A stretch of DNA of 64,000 nucleotides from an uncultured virus (IMG/VR IMGVR_UViG_3300032516_007629) (Duplodnaviria > Heunggongvirae > Uroviricota > Caudoviricetes), in IMG/VR virus record IMGVR_UViG_3300032516_007629, one strand, 5' to 3'. This document shows positions 37,396 through 47,222 of this stretch, one piece after another (within the stretch, counting starts at the first letter, position 1; the number at the start of each line of letters is the position of its first letter). A program made the translations under genes and the position numbers. The notes beneath the pieces are model-generated. The model was not told where the DNA came from. It worked only from the letters and a program-made list of their open reading frames with translations, and ran no database searches.

Positions 37396-40300
37396 TCAAG
37401 TTCCTCTCGATGTTGCTTCTTTACGTTTAAACATGCCTAGTAGTTCACCCATACCTAGCCATTTTACCATTATTGAATCTTCGGCTTCATTATATGTAGA
37501 GGTATCTACTTGTGCAGATGCTTGCTGGTTTCCTCTACGCGAGTCTAGTGTAGGTCTTGTGCCTTTAGTTTCGTCTATCCCTTTACTAGTTTCCCCTCCA
37601 AGTGGAGCTACTGCCATCGCGTTAGCGGAAGTATTAAAAGATCCTCCTGCCGGTAAAGATTTACCTAGTATCCTATTATTTCTGTCTTCTTCCGCATGCT
37701 TAACTAAAGTGTTTAAACTAGCAGCCATATCAGCAATATTTTTAGGAACATCTGTGTCTGTGCTAGTAGGGCTTTCCTTTTCGGCTAATTGCGATGCCGT
37801 AGAAGTCTTCTTATCGTCAATCTCGTTAAGTTTGTCATAGCCTCCTGTAATATCCATTGCAGCACCGCCTAAGGCAGCGGCGGTACCGATTAGGGGGATC
37901 ATAGAGGCTACTTCCGTAGTAAGACGTAGGTAGTCACCTTTGCCTAAAGATTTACCAGATTTGTATTTATCATACATATCTGAGATTTGGCTAGCTGTAG
38001 AAATAGCGCCGACAATAGTTCCTAATAACGGAATACTCTTACCTATTGTTTTAGCGCCGAGCTTGGCGGCACCCTTCACTCCGAATTTGCCTGCTGCCTG
38101 TAAACCGACATGTCCGAAAACCCCGGCAGTAGAAGCTGTTTTAAGCGTATCAGTGGTAGCACTAGTTGGATGCTCCTTCTCCTTTTCCTTTGGCTGCCCT
38201 TCTTCAGCTTCCGCCGCTTTAGATTCACCACTAAAAGCCGCTGTAGCTAACCCAAGTCCTAGAATAGCCGCCCCAGCGATGCCTTTTTTACCTTTAGTTT
38301 TAGCCGCGATTTCTGCGGTTTTAGTCCACATTTTTTTCATAAATGAGGAATTCTTACTTAACTCTGTCACCACCCTTTCAGTATCTTTAGTGGCGTCTCC
38401 TAATTTAAATTTGCCTAACCCTCCTAATTCCTCCGCTATATGTTCGCCTTGTGCGAGGCTAGATGTTTTATCTCCCCCTTTACCCACCATCTTCTTACCT
38501 AATTGCAACATGGTAGAGGGTAATTTTTTCCCAACTTTCAAAAGCCCTAACGTCGCAGCAGAATAAGCTGCAAATTTTGCTATCTCTTTAAGCGGTCCAT
38601 CACCTGCAAAATGTGCTGCCGTGTTTCCAACAACGCCACCCTTGTTTATGATTGCGTTTAAAATCTGTTTAGCTACAGAGATTTGTTCGTTGGCTAACGC
38701 TTCTTGATTAGTAATTTGCTTACTAGAGAGTTTACCAAGCTCTTCTAATCCTTCTGTTATGTCCTCCCCTTTACTAGCCTTTTCGGCAAGCTCTTTAACC
38801 TTATTTTGGGCAAGGACATTTTTCTCTCCAACATTATAGCTCTTGCTTAAGATGCCAGAGATCTTGTCGTCGTTCTTCATGCCTTTTATTTGTAAGGCTG
38901 TATCTTTGGCTTTTTCTGCGGGGTCAAACCATTTAGAAAAAAGCTTCTGTTCCTCTGCCTTTTTCTGTCCTTCACCCTTAGATTTATCGGCATTAATAGA
39001 TAGAACTTGTCCGGCTTGTTCTGCACTAATACCCATCTTCTTTTGTAAAGCTTCTACCTGCTTATTATAGTCCTTATTCTTGTCAACTATCTCTTCTAGC
39101 ATTGTGAGATTTCCTTCTAGGAAATCCCCGATGTGAATGGATGGATCCTCTTCCTGGAGTTTTTTAAGCTTCTCGGTAAGCTTCTTTTTTTCCTCTGCCG
39201 TTTTACCAGTAGCGGCTAAGTCGGCTTGTGTTTTAGATATTTCTATCTCTCTGTTCTTTGCTAACCAGTCATTTGCTTGCTTCTGGTCGTCTAATCCTTT
39301 TTTCTGTGTGTCATACATATGCATTGCGGCTGTATTGGTAATGCCGTATTCATGTGCTATGAGTCTGTACTTTTCAGGACCTTTTCCTAGGATGCTAGTC
39401 ATGTGCTCAAATTTCTTCTGCACCATAGCATCTGTGGCTTGCATGTTTTCTTCGATAAGAGAAGATGCTTGAAACTGATCAATTTCACCACTATCTAGTT
39501 TTTTCTTAATCGTGTTGACAAATTCTTTCTGCCCTGCCGTCAATCCTTTCGTAATTTCTGCCATCTTATTTTTGTCTGCTTTTGCGATGTCCTTGGCGAG
39601 ATCCATGCCAGCTAACAGACTCATTAACCCTTTACCGCCGCCAGCTTCTCCCCCTTCGCCGCCGACTACTTTTCCCATGGCTTCAGCCGACTTCATTGCC
39701 ATCTTCTTACTTGCGCCTAAGCGTTCTGCTTCATTAGCGGCTGCCCGCATAGCTTGCGTCATAAGACGAGTATCGACTATAAAGCCGCCACTGTTTTGGG
39801 AGGCTTGGTCAATCAATTTGACCATATCCTGCATACCGATAGCATCTCCTTCGACACTACCTTGCATTTGGGTAAGTACTGTGGTCATTTGGCGCAAATC
39901 TGCGGCAGCTTGAGAAGCAGACTTTCCCATATCTTCTGTACGTTGCCTTAACATGTCCACTGCCGTCGCACTATCTATGCCAGCACTTTGAGCAAACTCT
40001 GCGACTACATCGCGGAGCATGTTAACGTTTTTTGTCGTTTCCTGAATAGTCTGATTGCTAATGACACCCAACTTTTGATGTGCAATCTGATCCCCTATTT
40101 CCTGGACCTTTTCTAATTCAATGCCTAAACGTGCCGCAGTTTTTACCGCCGAAAAAGATTGCTCCTCAGCAATTTTTGCCGCCTCAGCTAAAGTCAACAT
40201 ACCATCTTTGGATTGTATGTTGTATTGTCTAGCAAGAGACATATTATCGTTGTACATCTTAGCAGTAAGACTAAAAGCTTTGTTAAATGCTTCCACAGCT

Positions 40301-41094
40301 AACGCTGCGGTAACCATCCATGCTTTGCTATCTGCCCATTTAAATAACTTATTATCAAATGCCTCTTGTATTGAGGCTCCTAAAGACTTAAAACCTCCCT
40401 GTAGATGCATTGCTTCACGATTAGCCGCACGCATATCTTTTATGCCAGAAAGTGTGGCATTATGTCCCTTAACCATCTCAAGGTTCTGTTTATGTAACGT
40501 TCCAGCACTTATTTCAACTTGTTCTTTTTGGTCCTTAAGAGCTTCTCCTAGTTTTTTCTTATCAGTAAGCGCGACTTTAAACGCCTTGTCTTCCTCTTCG
40601 CTAAGCTGTAATCCCTTTTCCTTTTTCTTATTTAGGGCGTCTAATTTTTTGTGATTATCCACATACTGAGCGGCTATTTCTTTATACTTGCCTATTTGAC
40701 CTTCTAGCTGCCTACTAGTATCGATAACTGATTTAGCTAACCCTTGCTGCGTCTCAATAAGTTTCTTAGTTTCGACCGCCATGCCTAAATTAGCTTGCTT
40801 ACCCTTTAAAGCAAAAGTGACAATCTGATCGGTAACCGATCCATATAGCTTGTCCATCTTCTCTAAAGAGGTGTTAGCAGCATCTTCATTAGCCGTTAAT
40901 GTCTTAAGATTTCTTGCTGTCTTTGCAACACTTTGCCCCCACTTATTAGTGGCGTTAGTAGCAAGGGTAGCTTTTTGAGTAAGCTTAACGGTACTATTGA
41001 TAGCATCTTTATTGGCGTTGCTTATCTGAGTTTGAAGCTGTGCCGCTTGCTGTAAGGCAGCCGCATTTGCTGTGGAAGCTGTATCGTTAGCCAT
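37396..41094 (-). CDS. Tape measure protein (putative)
   Basis: 1232 aa, Ala/Lys-rich and helical with Gly/Ala hydrophobic C-terminal segments, directly downstream of a frameshifted chaperone pair. Confidence 0.75.
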   Translation of the reverse strand: MANDTASTANAAALQQAAQLQTQISNANKDAINSTVKLTQKATLATNATNKWGQSVAKTARNLKTLTANEDAANTSLEKMDKLYGSVTDQIVTFALKGKQANLGMAVETKKLIETQQGLAKSVIDTSRQLEGQIGKYKEIAAQYVDNHKKLDALNKKKEKGLQLSEEEDKAFKVALTDKKKLGEALKDQKEQVEISAGTLHKQNLEMVKGHNATLSGIKDMRAANREAMHLQGGFKSLGASIQEAFDNKLFKWADSKAWMVTAALAVEAFNKAFSLTAKMYNDNMSLARQYNIQSKDGMLTLAEAAKIAEEQSFSAVKTAARLGIELEKVQEIGDQIAHQKLGVISNQTIQETTKNVNMLRDVVAEFAQSAGIDSATAVDMLRQRTEDMGKSASQAAADLRQMTTVLTQMQGSVEGDAIGMQDMVKLIDQASQNSGGFIVDTRLMTQAMRAAANEAERLGASKKMAMKSAEAMGKVVGGEGGEAGGGKGLMSLLAGMDLAKDIAKADKNKMAEITKGLTAGQKEFVNTIKKKLDSGEIDQFQASSLIEENMQATDAMVQKKFEHMTSILGKGPEKYRLIAHEYGITNTAAMHMYDTQKKGLDDQKQANDWLAKNREIEISKTQADLAATGKTAEEKKKLTEKLKKLQEEDPSIHIGDFLEGNLTMLEEIVDKNKDYNKQVEALQKKMGISAEQAGQVLSINADKSKGEGQKKAEEQKLFSKWFDPAEKAKDTALQIKGMKNDDKISGILSKSYNVGEKNVLAQNKVKELAEKASKGEDITEGLEELGKLSSKQITNQEALANEQISVAKQILNAIINKGGVVGNTAAHFAGDGPLKEIAKFAAYSAATLGLLKVGKKLPSTMLQLGKKMVGKGGDKTSSLAQGEHIAEELGGLGKFKLGDATKDTERVVTELSKNSSFMKKMWTKTAEIAAKTKGKKGIAGAAILGLGLATAAFSGESKAAEAEEGQPKEKEKEHPTSATTDTLKTASTAGVFGHVGLQAAGKFGVKGAAKLGAKTIGKSIPLLGTIVGAISTASQISDMYDKYKSGKSLGKGDYLRLTTEVASMIPLIGTAAALGGAAMDITGGYDKLNEIDDKKTSTASQLAEKESPTSTDTDVPKNIADMAASLNTLVKHAEEDRNNRILGKSLPAGGSFNTSANAMAVAPLGGETSKGIDETKGTRPTLDSRRGNQQASAQVDTSTYNEAEDSIMVKWLGMGELLGMFKRKEATSRGT

Positions 41095-41134
41095 GTGCGT
41101 CCTTGAGAGTGTCCTTAAAGCTATTGAATCTCAA

Positions 41135-41650
41135 CTAGACAAACCTTCCTGCTATTTTCAAGAATTCCGCTTTAGGCGCATACGACAAGTCAACGATCTC
41201 TTCTTTCTTCCTATCTAGCCACTTAGGCGCATCCACCATACTAGGCTCTTCCCTTGCCGTATTGACAGCCGAGGAGGCAAGTTTCTTCAAATGCTCCATA
41301 AATTTAGGATTTTGTGTCAATGCAAGCGCGAGAGGTAGGTTCACTTTAGGTTTTTTAGTCCTAAACTCCCAAGTGAATTTCTTACCGCCACTGCCCTTGC
41401 TGTCCTTGTCGCCACCCATTAAGGCTGCGGCATCCCAAGTAGTACCTAGCATTCCACCAATTAAATTATCTAAGGTCTCGGCATTCCTTCTTTCTAAAAG
41501 AAGAAAAGAGAATTCCATCGCCTCAAGTTCCTGAGGCGATAAGTCTTTCATCTGCAACGGCGTTAAACGCCAATGCGCCATGACCAATAATAGGCGAGCC
41601 ACTGCGGGATCATGCTCGTAAACTTCTAACGGATCGCCTAGGAAGGGTTT
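41135..41650 (-). CDS. Tail assembly chaperone, frameshift extension (T part)
   Basis: The -1 frame is open from AAACCCTTC (41642-41650) to 41135. Confidence 0.6.
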   Translation of the reverse strand, partial: KPFLGDPLEVYEHDPAVARLLLVMAHWRLTPLQMKDLSPQELEAMEFSFLLLERRNAETLDNLIGGMLGTTWDAAALMGGDKDSKGSGGKKFTWEFRTKKPKVNLPLALALTQNPKFMEHLKKLASSAVNTAREEPSMVDAPKWLDRKKEEIVDLSYAPKAEFLKIAGRFV

Positions 41651-42651
41651 GGTAACGTCTCTTCTGATCTAAGAGGTTTACCATGATGCGGACAAAAACG
41701 CTCCGCACCTAACGCAATAATTGCCTTATAACCGCAATTAGCCGTAGGACACAGCGCTAACGTAGATTCCCCGTCCACCATACTGACAGGAGGGAAATTC
41801 TGTTCATAAAATGTCACCAGCGTTTCCGTAACCTCTGTAGGAGAATTTACTAGAAACTCAAAGAACATCTGAGCACCCTTGTCTTGGCGCTCTTTACTAT
41901 TTAGTGGTGTATCCCTACCCGTAGACATTTTCATTGTATGAAAAGGAACTTCAAAAACATCCGCTACCTCAGTGTCGTCAATACTCTTGACCGAATACGC
42001 AATGATAGCCGTCTCCATGTACGCCCTAACATTCGCCTCGTCTGCATTGTGAAATGTAGCAATAGAGATCACCTTTGCAATCTCCTCACGAGTAAGACGC
42101 TTACACGTATACTTAATACCCTGAAGCGTAATAGACTGCGAATGCTCTAGATCATCTAACCCCAAAGATGCACGCAACCGTTGCAGCACAGGATGCTTCT
42201 TCCCTGCCGGGGAAAATTTAGGCGGAGCTTTTGATGCCGCTTTCTTCTGGACAGGTGCCTCCTCCCCATAGCGCTCCCTAGCTATCTCCTCCTCATCCTC
42301 GGCTTGCCTCCTTAGCATCTTCTGCCGCTGACGCTCCTCCTTAAGCTTAGCCTCCTGATCTAAAGACTGCTTACTAGTGGCACCATCTATACGCATCTCA
42401 CCTATAGGTTTAGGCTTCACAGGAGCAAAATCAATCTCTCGCTGCTTTAACTCAATACCCTCTAAATCTAAACCCTCCTCATCGCTAGGAACTTCGCCCG
42501 CCTTAACCGCCTGCACAAGCGGCGTATTAAGCTGTCTAGAAGTGTCCATCTTTGATGCTAAATGAGGATAAGCATTTAGAAATTGCTCATACTGAGCCTT
42601 TTGCTCAGGAGATAATTTATCTAGTTTACGTGCATCGTACAGTGTCATCAA
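41638..42651 (-). CDS. Tail assembly chaperone (G part, putative)
   Basis: Position upstream of the tape measure gene, ends ...LPNPS*, C-terminal Zn ribbon. Confidence 0.6.
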   Translation of the reverse strand: MMTLYDARKLDKLSPEQKAQYEQFLNAYPHLASKMDTSRQLNTPLVQAVKAGEVPSDEEGLDLEGIELKQREIDFAPVKPKPIGEMRIDGATSKQSLDQEAKLKEERQRQKMLRRQAEDEEEIARERYGEEAPVQKKAASKAPPKFSPAGKKHPVLQRLRASLGLDDLEHSQSITLQGIKYTCKRLTREEIAKVISIATFHNADEANVRAYMETAIIAYSVKSIDDTEVADVFEVPFHTMKMSTGRDTPLNSKERQDKGAQMFFEFLVNSPTEVTETLVTFYEQNFPPVSMVDGESTLALCPTANCGYKAIIALGAERFCPHHGKPLRSEETLPNPS

Positions 42652-42695
42652 ACTCCCTATATAGAAATTATATCTATTCTAATAGGGATTAGAAT

Positions 42696-43238
42696 CTATT
42701 GTCTACAAAAGAAATCATATTTCCCAGAAATACGCTTCCAAGGTATCGCCTGTGCAAAAGAGTCTCTGTCTTTGTAGATCACTTTTCTCAAACTATCTTC
42801 TGGAATACCTTCTCCATCGGTAAGGTATACATTGGCAAAACAAACAGCTTTCTTAGCTAGGCGTAAAACCTCTGATAAGAAAAATTCTTGACGCTCCCAA
42901 TCTATGTACATGCTACAAGCGCAGTATAAAAAATCAACTGGCTTCAATGTCTTTGATACTTCTAGGAAGTCTGCAATCACTACCCCTTTATGAACTATGT
43001 CAGGAAGTGCTTGTGCCTCCACGCCGTAGATCTCTGCATTAGGCATTAACCGCTCTGCCACAATAAGCGTATGCCCTGGACCTGATCCTATATCAGCAAA
43101 ACTATTAGGACGCTCTTTAAACACCTTGTCCCAACAAGTTGACAAAATACGATCTAAAGGAAACCCGTATTGAAAGGTGTTCTCGTAAGTGCCATCGTAA
43201 TAGTTATCCCAATAATTTTTGTCGTATACTAATTTCAT
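42696..43238 (-). CDS. Class I SAM-dependent methyltransferase
   Basis: FADIGSGPG motif I, IYGVE, EVLRLAK. Confidence 0.85.
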   Translation of the reverse strand: MKLVYDKNYWDNYYDGTYENTFQYGFPLDRILSTCWDKVFKERPNSFADIGSGPGHTLIVAERLMPNAEIYGVEAQALPDIVHKGVVIADFLEVSKTLKPVDFLYCACSMYIDWERQEFFLSEVLRLAKKAVCFANVYLTDGEGIPEDSLRKVIYKDRDSFAQAIPWKRISGKYDFFCRQ

Positions 43239-46234
43239 TTGACTAGCTCTACCGCTTTAGGATTGTAAATAACCACACCTTCAAAAGACCGATCGAATAA
43301 GCCGTCCACACCCTTCTTGACCGCCATTTCCGCAAATCCGTCTAAGCTTATTTTTTTATCTAAACCACTAGATGTCCAAAACGCATAATCCGCGTCGTTA
43401 CGCATATCTAGTACTCTAAAGCCAGGCTTTAATTTGAAAGTTAAAACCGCCCCGCCTTCCTCATCTCCAGAGAAATCTGCGTAATTGCTTTTAGCTAGAT
43501 CCTCATCCACGGCAGTATAGAAGCCTTGACCGAAGTAACCCTTGTGGGATTTGCGCATGTCTATACCCGTTTTACGGATACTCTCGGCTCCTTCTTGACT
43601 CGTACCGTGATATAGTAGCATCCCAGGTTTTATGGCGGGAAAATCTGCCGTGACCACCTGACTTTCGGTCGGTAATTGCCAACGCTTTCGTGTACTTTTT
43701 AATTCTTCCGAAAGCCATTCTGTTGGTACAACGAACATTTTAAAAGAATGCCCATCCTCTACTGCTTGAGCAATGCGGTGTTGACCATCTAAAACATAAT
43801 AGTTGTTTTGTGCTTTAAAAACTATAGCAGGACCAGATTCGCTCGGATTAGTGTTTGTATGACCCGGTGGATCTTTTTTAAACGATAATCCGTGACTCCA
43901 GAATTTGTATTTATCTAGATCTTCCATTTTTACGATTACAATTTTAGCATTTTTTACACTTTCTAACAATTTTGGATTGGAATAATCCTCATCAATCTCA
44001 AGGGAACCAAGGGCGTCAACGAAATCTGCTGGCTCGATCTCTTCAGGAAAGAATGCAAGCATTTGATCTTCATATGGCAATCCATAAGAAGCATCCGCAA
44101 CAACCCCTTTACCTACCACTTCAACATGCACCTTATCAAATATTTGACGTAGATCCTTATCGCTATTAGGTAGTTTACTTCTATACTGAGCATTTCTTCT
44201 TAATGCTTGTTGTACTTTATATACTTTTACTACTTTAGCTTTAGCAGGATTTTCCACCCAAAACTCATTACCAAATCCCCGAGCTACTTGCTGGTAATCC
44301 TTTGGATCGACTTCGGACATATCTATCTCTGCCGCATAAGGTCTATCTTTACCATAATAATCAGTCCAATGTTCTAAATGGGACGTAACCATTAATTTTC
44401 CAAGCTTGGGTTTTCCGTTAGACATGCTACTCATATCCCTAGGTCCCTTAGACGGGTCTATTTTAAAATCAGGATCGGCAGTGACATGCCAATAAAGACC
44501 GTGCTTAATATCCACTGAAAATGCTTTTTTGAATTCTTCAAAAGTTTCACACTTAGCTGCCTCAGCCTCTAAGCCTTTAAAACTTGCTTTGGCTTCTACT
44601 GCTCTATCTTCGGTATCAATAACCACTAGTGCAGGGAAACTCTTCGCCTTAAGGATATGTAAGGCTCCTAGCCTATGACCACCTTCTAGGACATACACAC
44701 CATCTTTGTCCTTATCTGATGGAATAACCACAATTAAAGGATCTATACGCTTAGAGTGCTCAATCTCAGCAGCTAACTTCTTACAGCGATCAATATCGTT
44801 TTTTGAATAGAAAAGTTTATGTGGATCAGCTTCCCAGTCAGACATGGAAATTTCTCTAATTCCAGGTAATTCTTCCCAAGCAGTAAGCGTGGAAGAAATT
44901 GATCCTAGATTGGAAATGGTGCTTCCTACCTTTCTGCCATCTACGGTAGTACCTGCTTTAGGAAACTCGTCTTGAGCCGCTACCGCTAAACACACCTCGC
45001 CAAGCCAATCGGAATCCTCAAACACCATGGCGGTAAGCTGCTCCTTAAGGATAGGACTATGTACGTAATTAGCTACCTCTAACACTTCCTTGGCAGTGGG
45101 CTTGAAAGGCAAGTCTGAAGACGCCTGAAACAGCATCTTATCGACGTTGTAGCGTGTAGGGTAGGTACCATCGGTTTTCGGCGCAGGCTCTTCTAGGTGC
45201 GGATACGTCGTCCTGAGAGGGATTTGTGCATCGTCGAATTGCTCCGCTTCAGCTTCCTTGCCCGGAATTTTTTTTATCCCCACATAAGCTAGGATATTTT
45301 TCTCTTGACGTAAATAAGCTGCTCTACTGCGATGCGTACCATCTATAAGATTATAACCCTTATCTGTTCTTTCCACAGCAATAGGTGGAGCTTGAGTCTT
45401 TAATTTACTATATTTATTTTGTGCCCATTTTTCATCTTCCTTTTCTTGCATCGGTTGCTCGGGTGTCCAAGATCCAGAATAGATTTCTGCTACAGGGATA
45501 TTCTCTTTTGTGAATACCAATCCTTGCATGCGTCTTTTCATTTCAGGTATAGCGGGTGTACTAATTTCTCCTGTGTGGTGCTTTTTAGAATTTTCCCAAA
45601 CTTCCTTCCAACTAATTTCTGAAGTTGCTAACGCACTTAACTTGTGAAAGTCTTCGTTATCCGAACGTTTACCCCATATAATGTCTGCGGGATTGAAAAT
45701 CATAATCTGCGGTTCATCCGTGAGATCCGCTGCTTCGTAGAGATACTTACCTTGTTTATCGTAAATACCCTGGTAGCCTTTATGCTGTAAGTAGCTAAAT
45801 AAATCCTTCTCCGAAAATGCTTTAAGAATATGAAAGCCGTACTGCGGTCTTTGGTCTACTAGATCATCTAAATCCTCGAACTTACCATTTTCCTGTATTA
45901 ACTCTCTGTAGAATGATATATCTGAATCCGTAGAGGATTTTAGAAAATCCTCATTGAATCCTATTGCAGATGCCGTAGCGGAAAATTCACTTAAATTCCA
46001 TTTCTCCTCTGGTTTATACAGCTTAATATTCGGCTTTAGTTGTGCGCTCCAAAAATACTTCTTGCTGTCCCATTCATAGGAGTCCTTACTGTATTTTTCA
46101 CCTTTTATACCCAGATAAATATTTGGCTTGTTGGGAACCTCGGTGAAATTGGTGACGTGAAAATAGGGATACTTTTCAGGCTCCGCGTCAGCTTCAAGCG
46201 CAATACCAAATTCTTTTGCTAGTATAAGTTTCAC
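43235..46234 (-). CDS. Polyvalent protein: ParB/sulfiredoxin-like domains plus ADP-ribosyltransferase-like domains
   Basis: LIDGTHR, VLEGGHR and VLDGQHR (three ParB-like motifs). C-terminal LYHGTS...GQGFYTA...EGVVIYNP is ART/PARP-like. YFHVT and YWHVT are possible further ART domains. Confidence 0.75.
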   Translation of the reverse strand: MKLILAKEFGIALEADAEPEKYPYFHVTNFTEVPNKPNIYLGIKGEKYSKDSYEWDSKKYFWSAQLKPNIKLYKPEEKWNLSEFSATASAIGFNEDFLKSSTDSDISFYRELIQENGKFEDLDDLVDQRPQYGFHILKAFSEKDLFSYLQHKGYQGIYDKQGKYLYEAADLTDEPQIMIFNPADIIWGKRSDNEDFHKLSALATSEISWKEVWENSKKHHTGEISTPAIPEMKRRMQGLVFTKENIPVAEIYSGSWTPEQPMQEKEDEKWAQNKYSKLKTQAPPIAVERTDKGYNLIDGTHRSRAAYLRQEKNILAYVGIKKIPGKEAEAEQFDDAQIPLRTTYPHLEEPAPKTDGTYPTRYNVDKMLFQASSDLPFKPTAKEVLEVANYVHSPILKEQLTAMVFEDSDWLGEVCLAVAAQDEFPKAGTTVDGRKVGSTISNLGSISSTLTAWEELPGIREISMSDWEADPHKLFYSKNDIDRCKKLAAEIEHSKRIDPLIVVIPSDKDKDGVYVLEGGHRLGALHILKAKSFPALVVIDTEDRAVEAKASFKGLEAEAAKCETFEEFKKAFSVDIKHGLYWHVTADPDFKIDPSKGPRDMSSMSNGKPKLGKLMVTSHLEHWTDYYGKDRPYAAEIDMSEVDPKDYQQVARGFGNEFWVENPAKAKVVKVYKVQQALRRNAQYRSKLPNSDKDLRQIFDKVHVEVVGKGVVADASYGLPYEDQMLAFFPEEIEPADFVDALGSLEIDEDYSNPKLLESVKNAKIVIVKMEDLDKYKFWSHGLSFKKDPPGHTNTNPSESGPAIVFKAQNNYYVLDGQHRIAQAVEDGHSFKMFVVPTEWLSEELKSTRKRWQLPTESQVVTADFPAIKPGMLLYHGTSQEGAESIRKTGIDMRKSHKGYFGQGFYTAVDEDLAKSNYADFSGDEEGGAVLTFKLKPGFRVLDMRNDADYAFWTSSGLDKKISLDGFAEMAVKKGVDGLFDRSFEGVVIYNPKAVELVK

Positions 46235-47142
46235 AGTGATCTCAACTTTCCCTTAGGCTTTTCAGGTTTAACTTCTAACCTTTCCCCAATCCTAGTGAGT
46301 TCCTTAGTTACATTTTGTAATACATCATCGTCCCACTGCTCATCCGATATGTCATTGATATATTCCCAATAATCGATAGCCTTAAACAATTCAGCTTTCT
46401 CACTTGGGGTAATAGGTGATTTACTTTTAAGTATATGCTCCACTTTTTGTTCGTTCCACTTAGGCGCTTCCCGAGCAAAAATTTGGTATTTAGCTTTTAC
46501 TTTCTTACGGAAATTTAATTTCTCTTTTTCAATAATGCCGGTGAGTTTATCTAAGCAAACTTCGTTAATAGGACACCTTCCCACTTCGTTTTCTTCTTTA
46601 TCAAGAATAACTAAATCACCATCATCTTCGTCTAGAGGGTAAATAATTTCGACTTCACGATTATCGAAAATGGCTTGTGTTTCATAGTCGCTTACGTGAT
46701 AAGCAACAAGTGCCTCTTTAACTTTAGCTAAAATTGCGTTCTTTCCATACCCAAAGAACTGTTTAACCTCATCTATAGGATAACCGAAAACAAGATGACC
46801 TTGATTTGCATCTTTTTTGAAGTGCGTAGTTAAACCAATGCCGAAGGTATCTCGTCCTTTAAAACCTTCTTTAGCTATCTTATAGGCATTCTCATTGGTG
46901 AAATGCACAATCCATAAGTGATCTTTTTTCTCTTGATCATCAAAGTAATGCGCGGCATTACCCATATCCATGTTGAAACTCTCTTCATCATGCGCCCATT
47001 TTTCCCGATCCTTTAATCCATCTTCCTCTTTGCGAAACTCCCATTCATCGTCTGCATCCGAAGACATTAAGTAATCATAGGTGCCATAGTCAGCTTCAAG
47101 CTGGTCATAAAGACTTTGTAGTTCAGTACTTTTAAATTTCAA
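46231..47142 (-). CDS. Hypothetical acidic protein, possible ART-like domain
   Basis: IVHFT...EGFKG...ETQAIF, internal FRKKVKAKYQIFA motif. Confidence 0.5.
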   Translation of the reverse strand: MKFKSTELQSLYDQLEADYGTYDYLMSSDADDEWEFRKEEDGLKDREKWAHDEESFNMDMGNAAHYFDDQEKKDHLWIVHFTNENAYKIAKEGFKGRDTFGIGLTTHFKKDANQGHLVFGYPIDEVKQFFGYGKNAILAKVKEALVAYHVSDYETQAIFDNREVEIIYPLDEDDGDLVILDKEENEVGRCPINEVCLDKLTGIIEKEKLNFRKKVKAKYQIFAREAPKWNEQKVEHILKSKSPITPSEKAELFKAIDYWEYINDISDEQWDDDVLQNVTKELTRIGERLEVKPEKPKGKLRSL

Positions 47143-47222
47143 CTAACACCTCGTACACGCATGAAACTCTGTGAACCCCGTCCAACCACACAAACCGCAA
47201 AATTTAATCTCCTGATTTTCCA

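Noticed and set aside
37433..40654. Multiple plus-strand ORFs inside the tape measure gene (and similar ones inside nrdA, the helicases and the sheath)
   Set aside because: These are antisense shadow ORFs with no SD or motifs.
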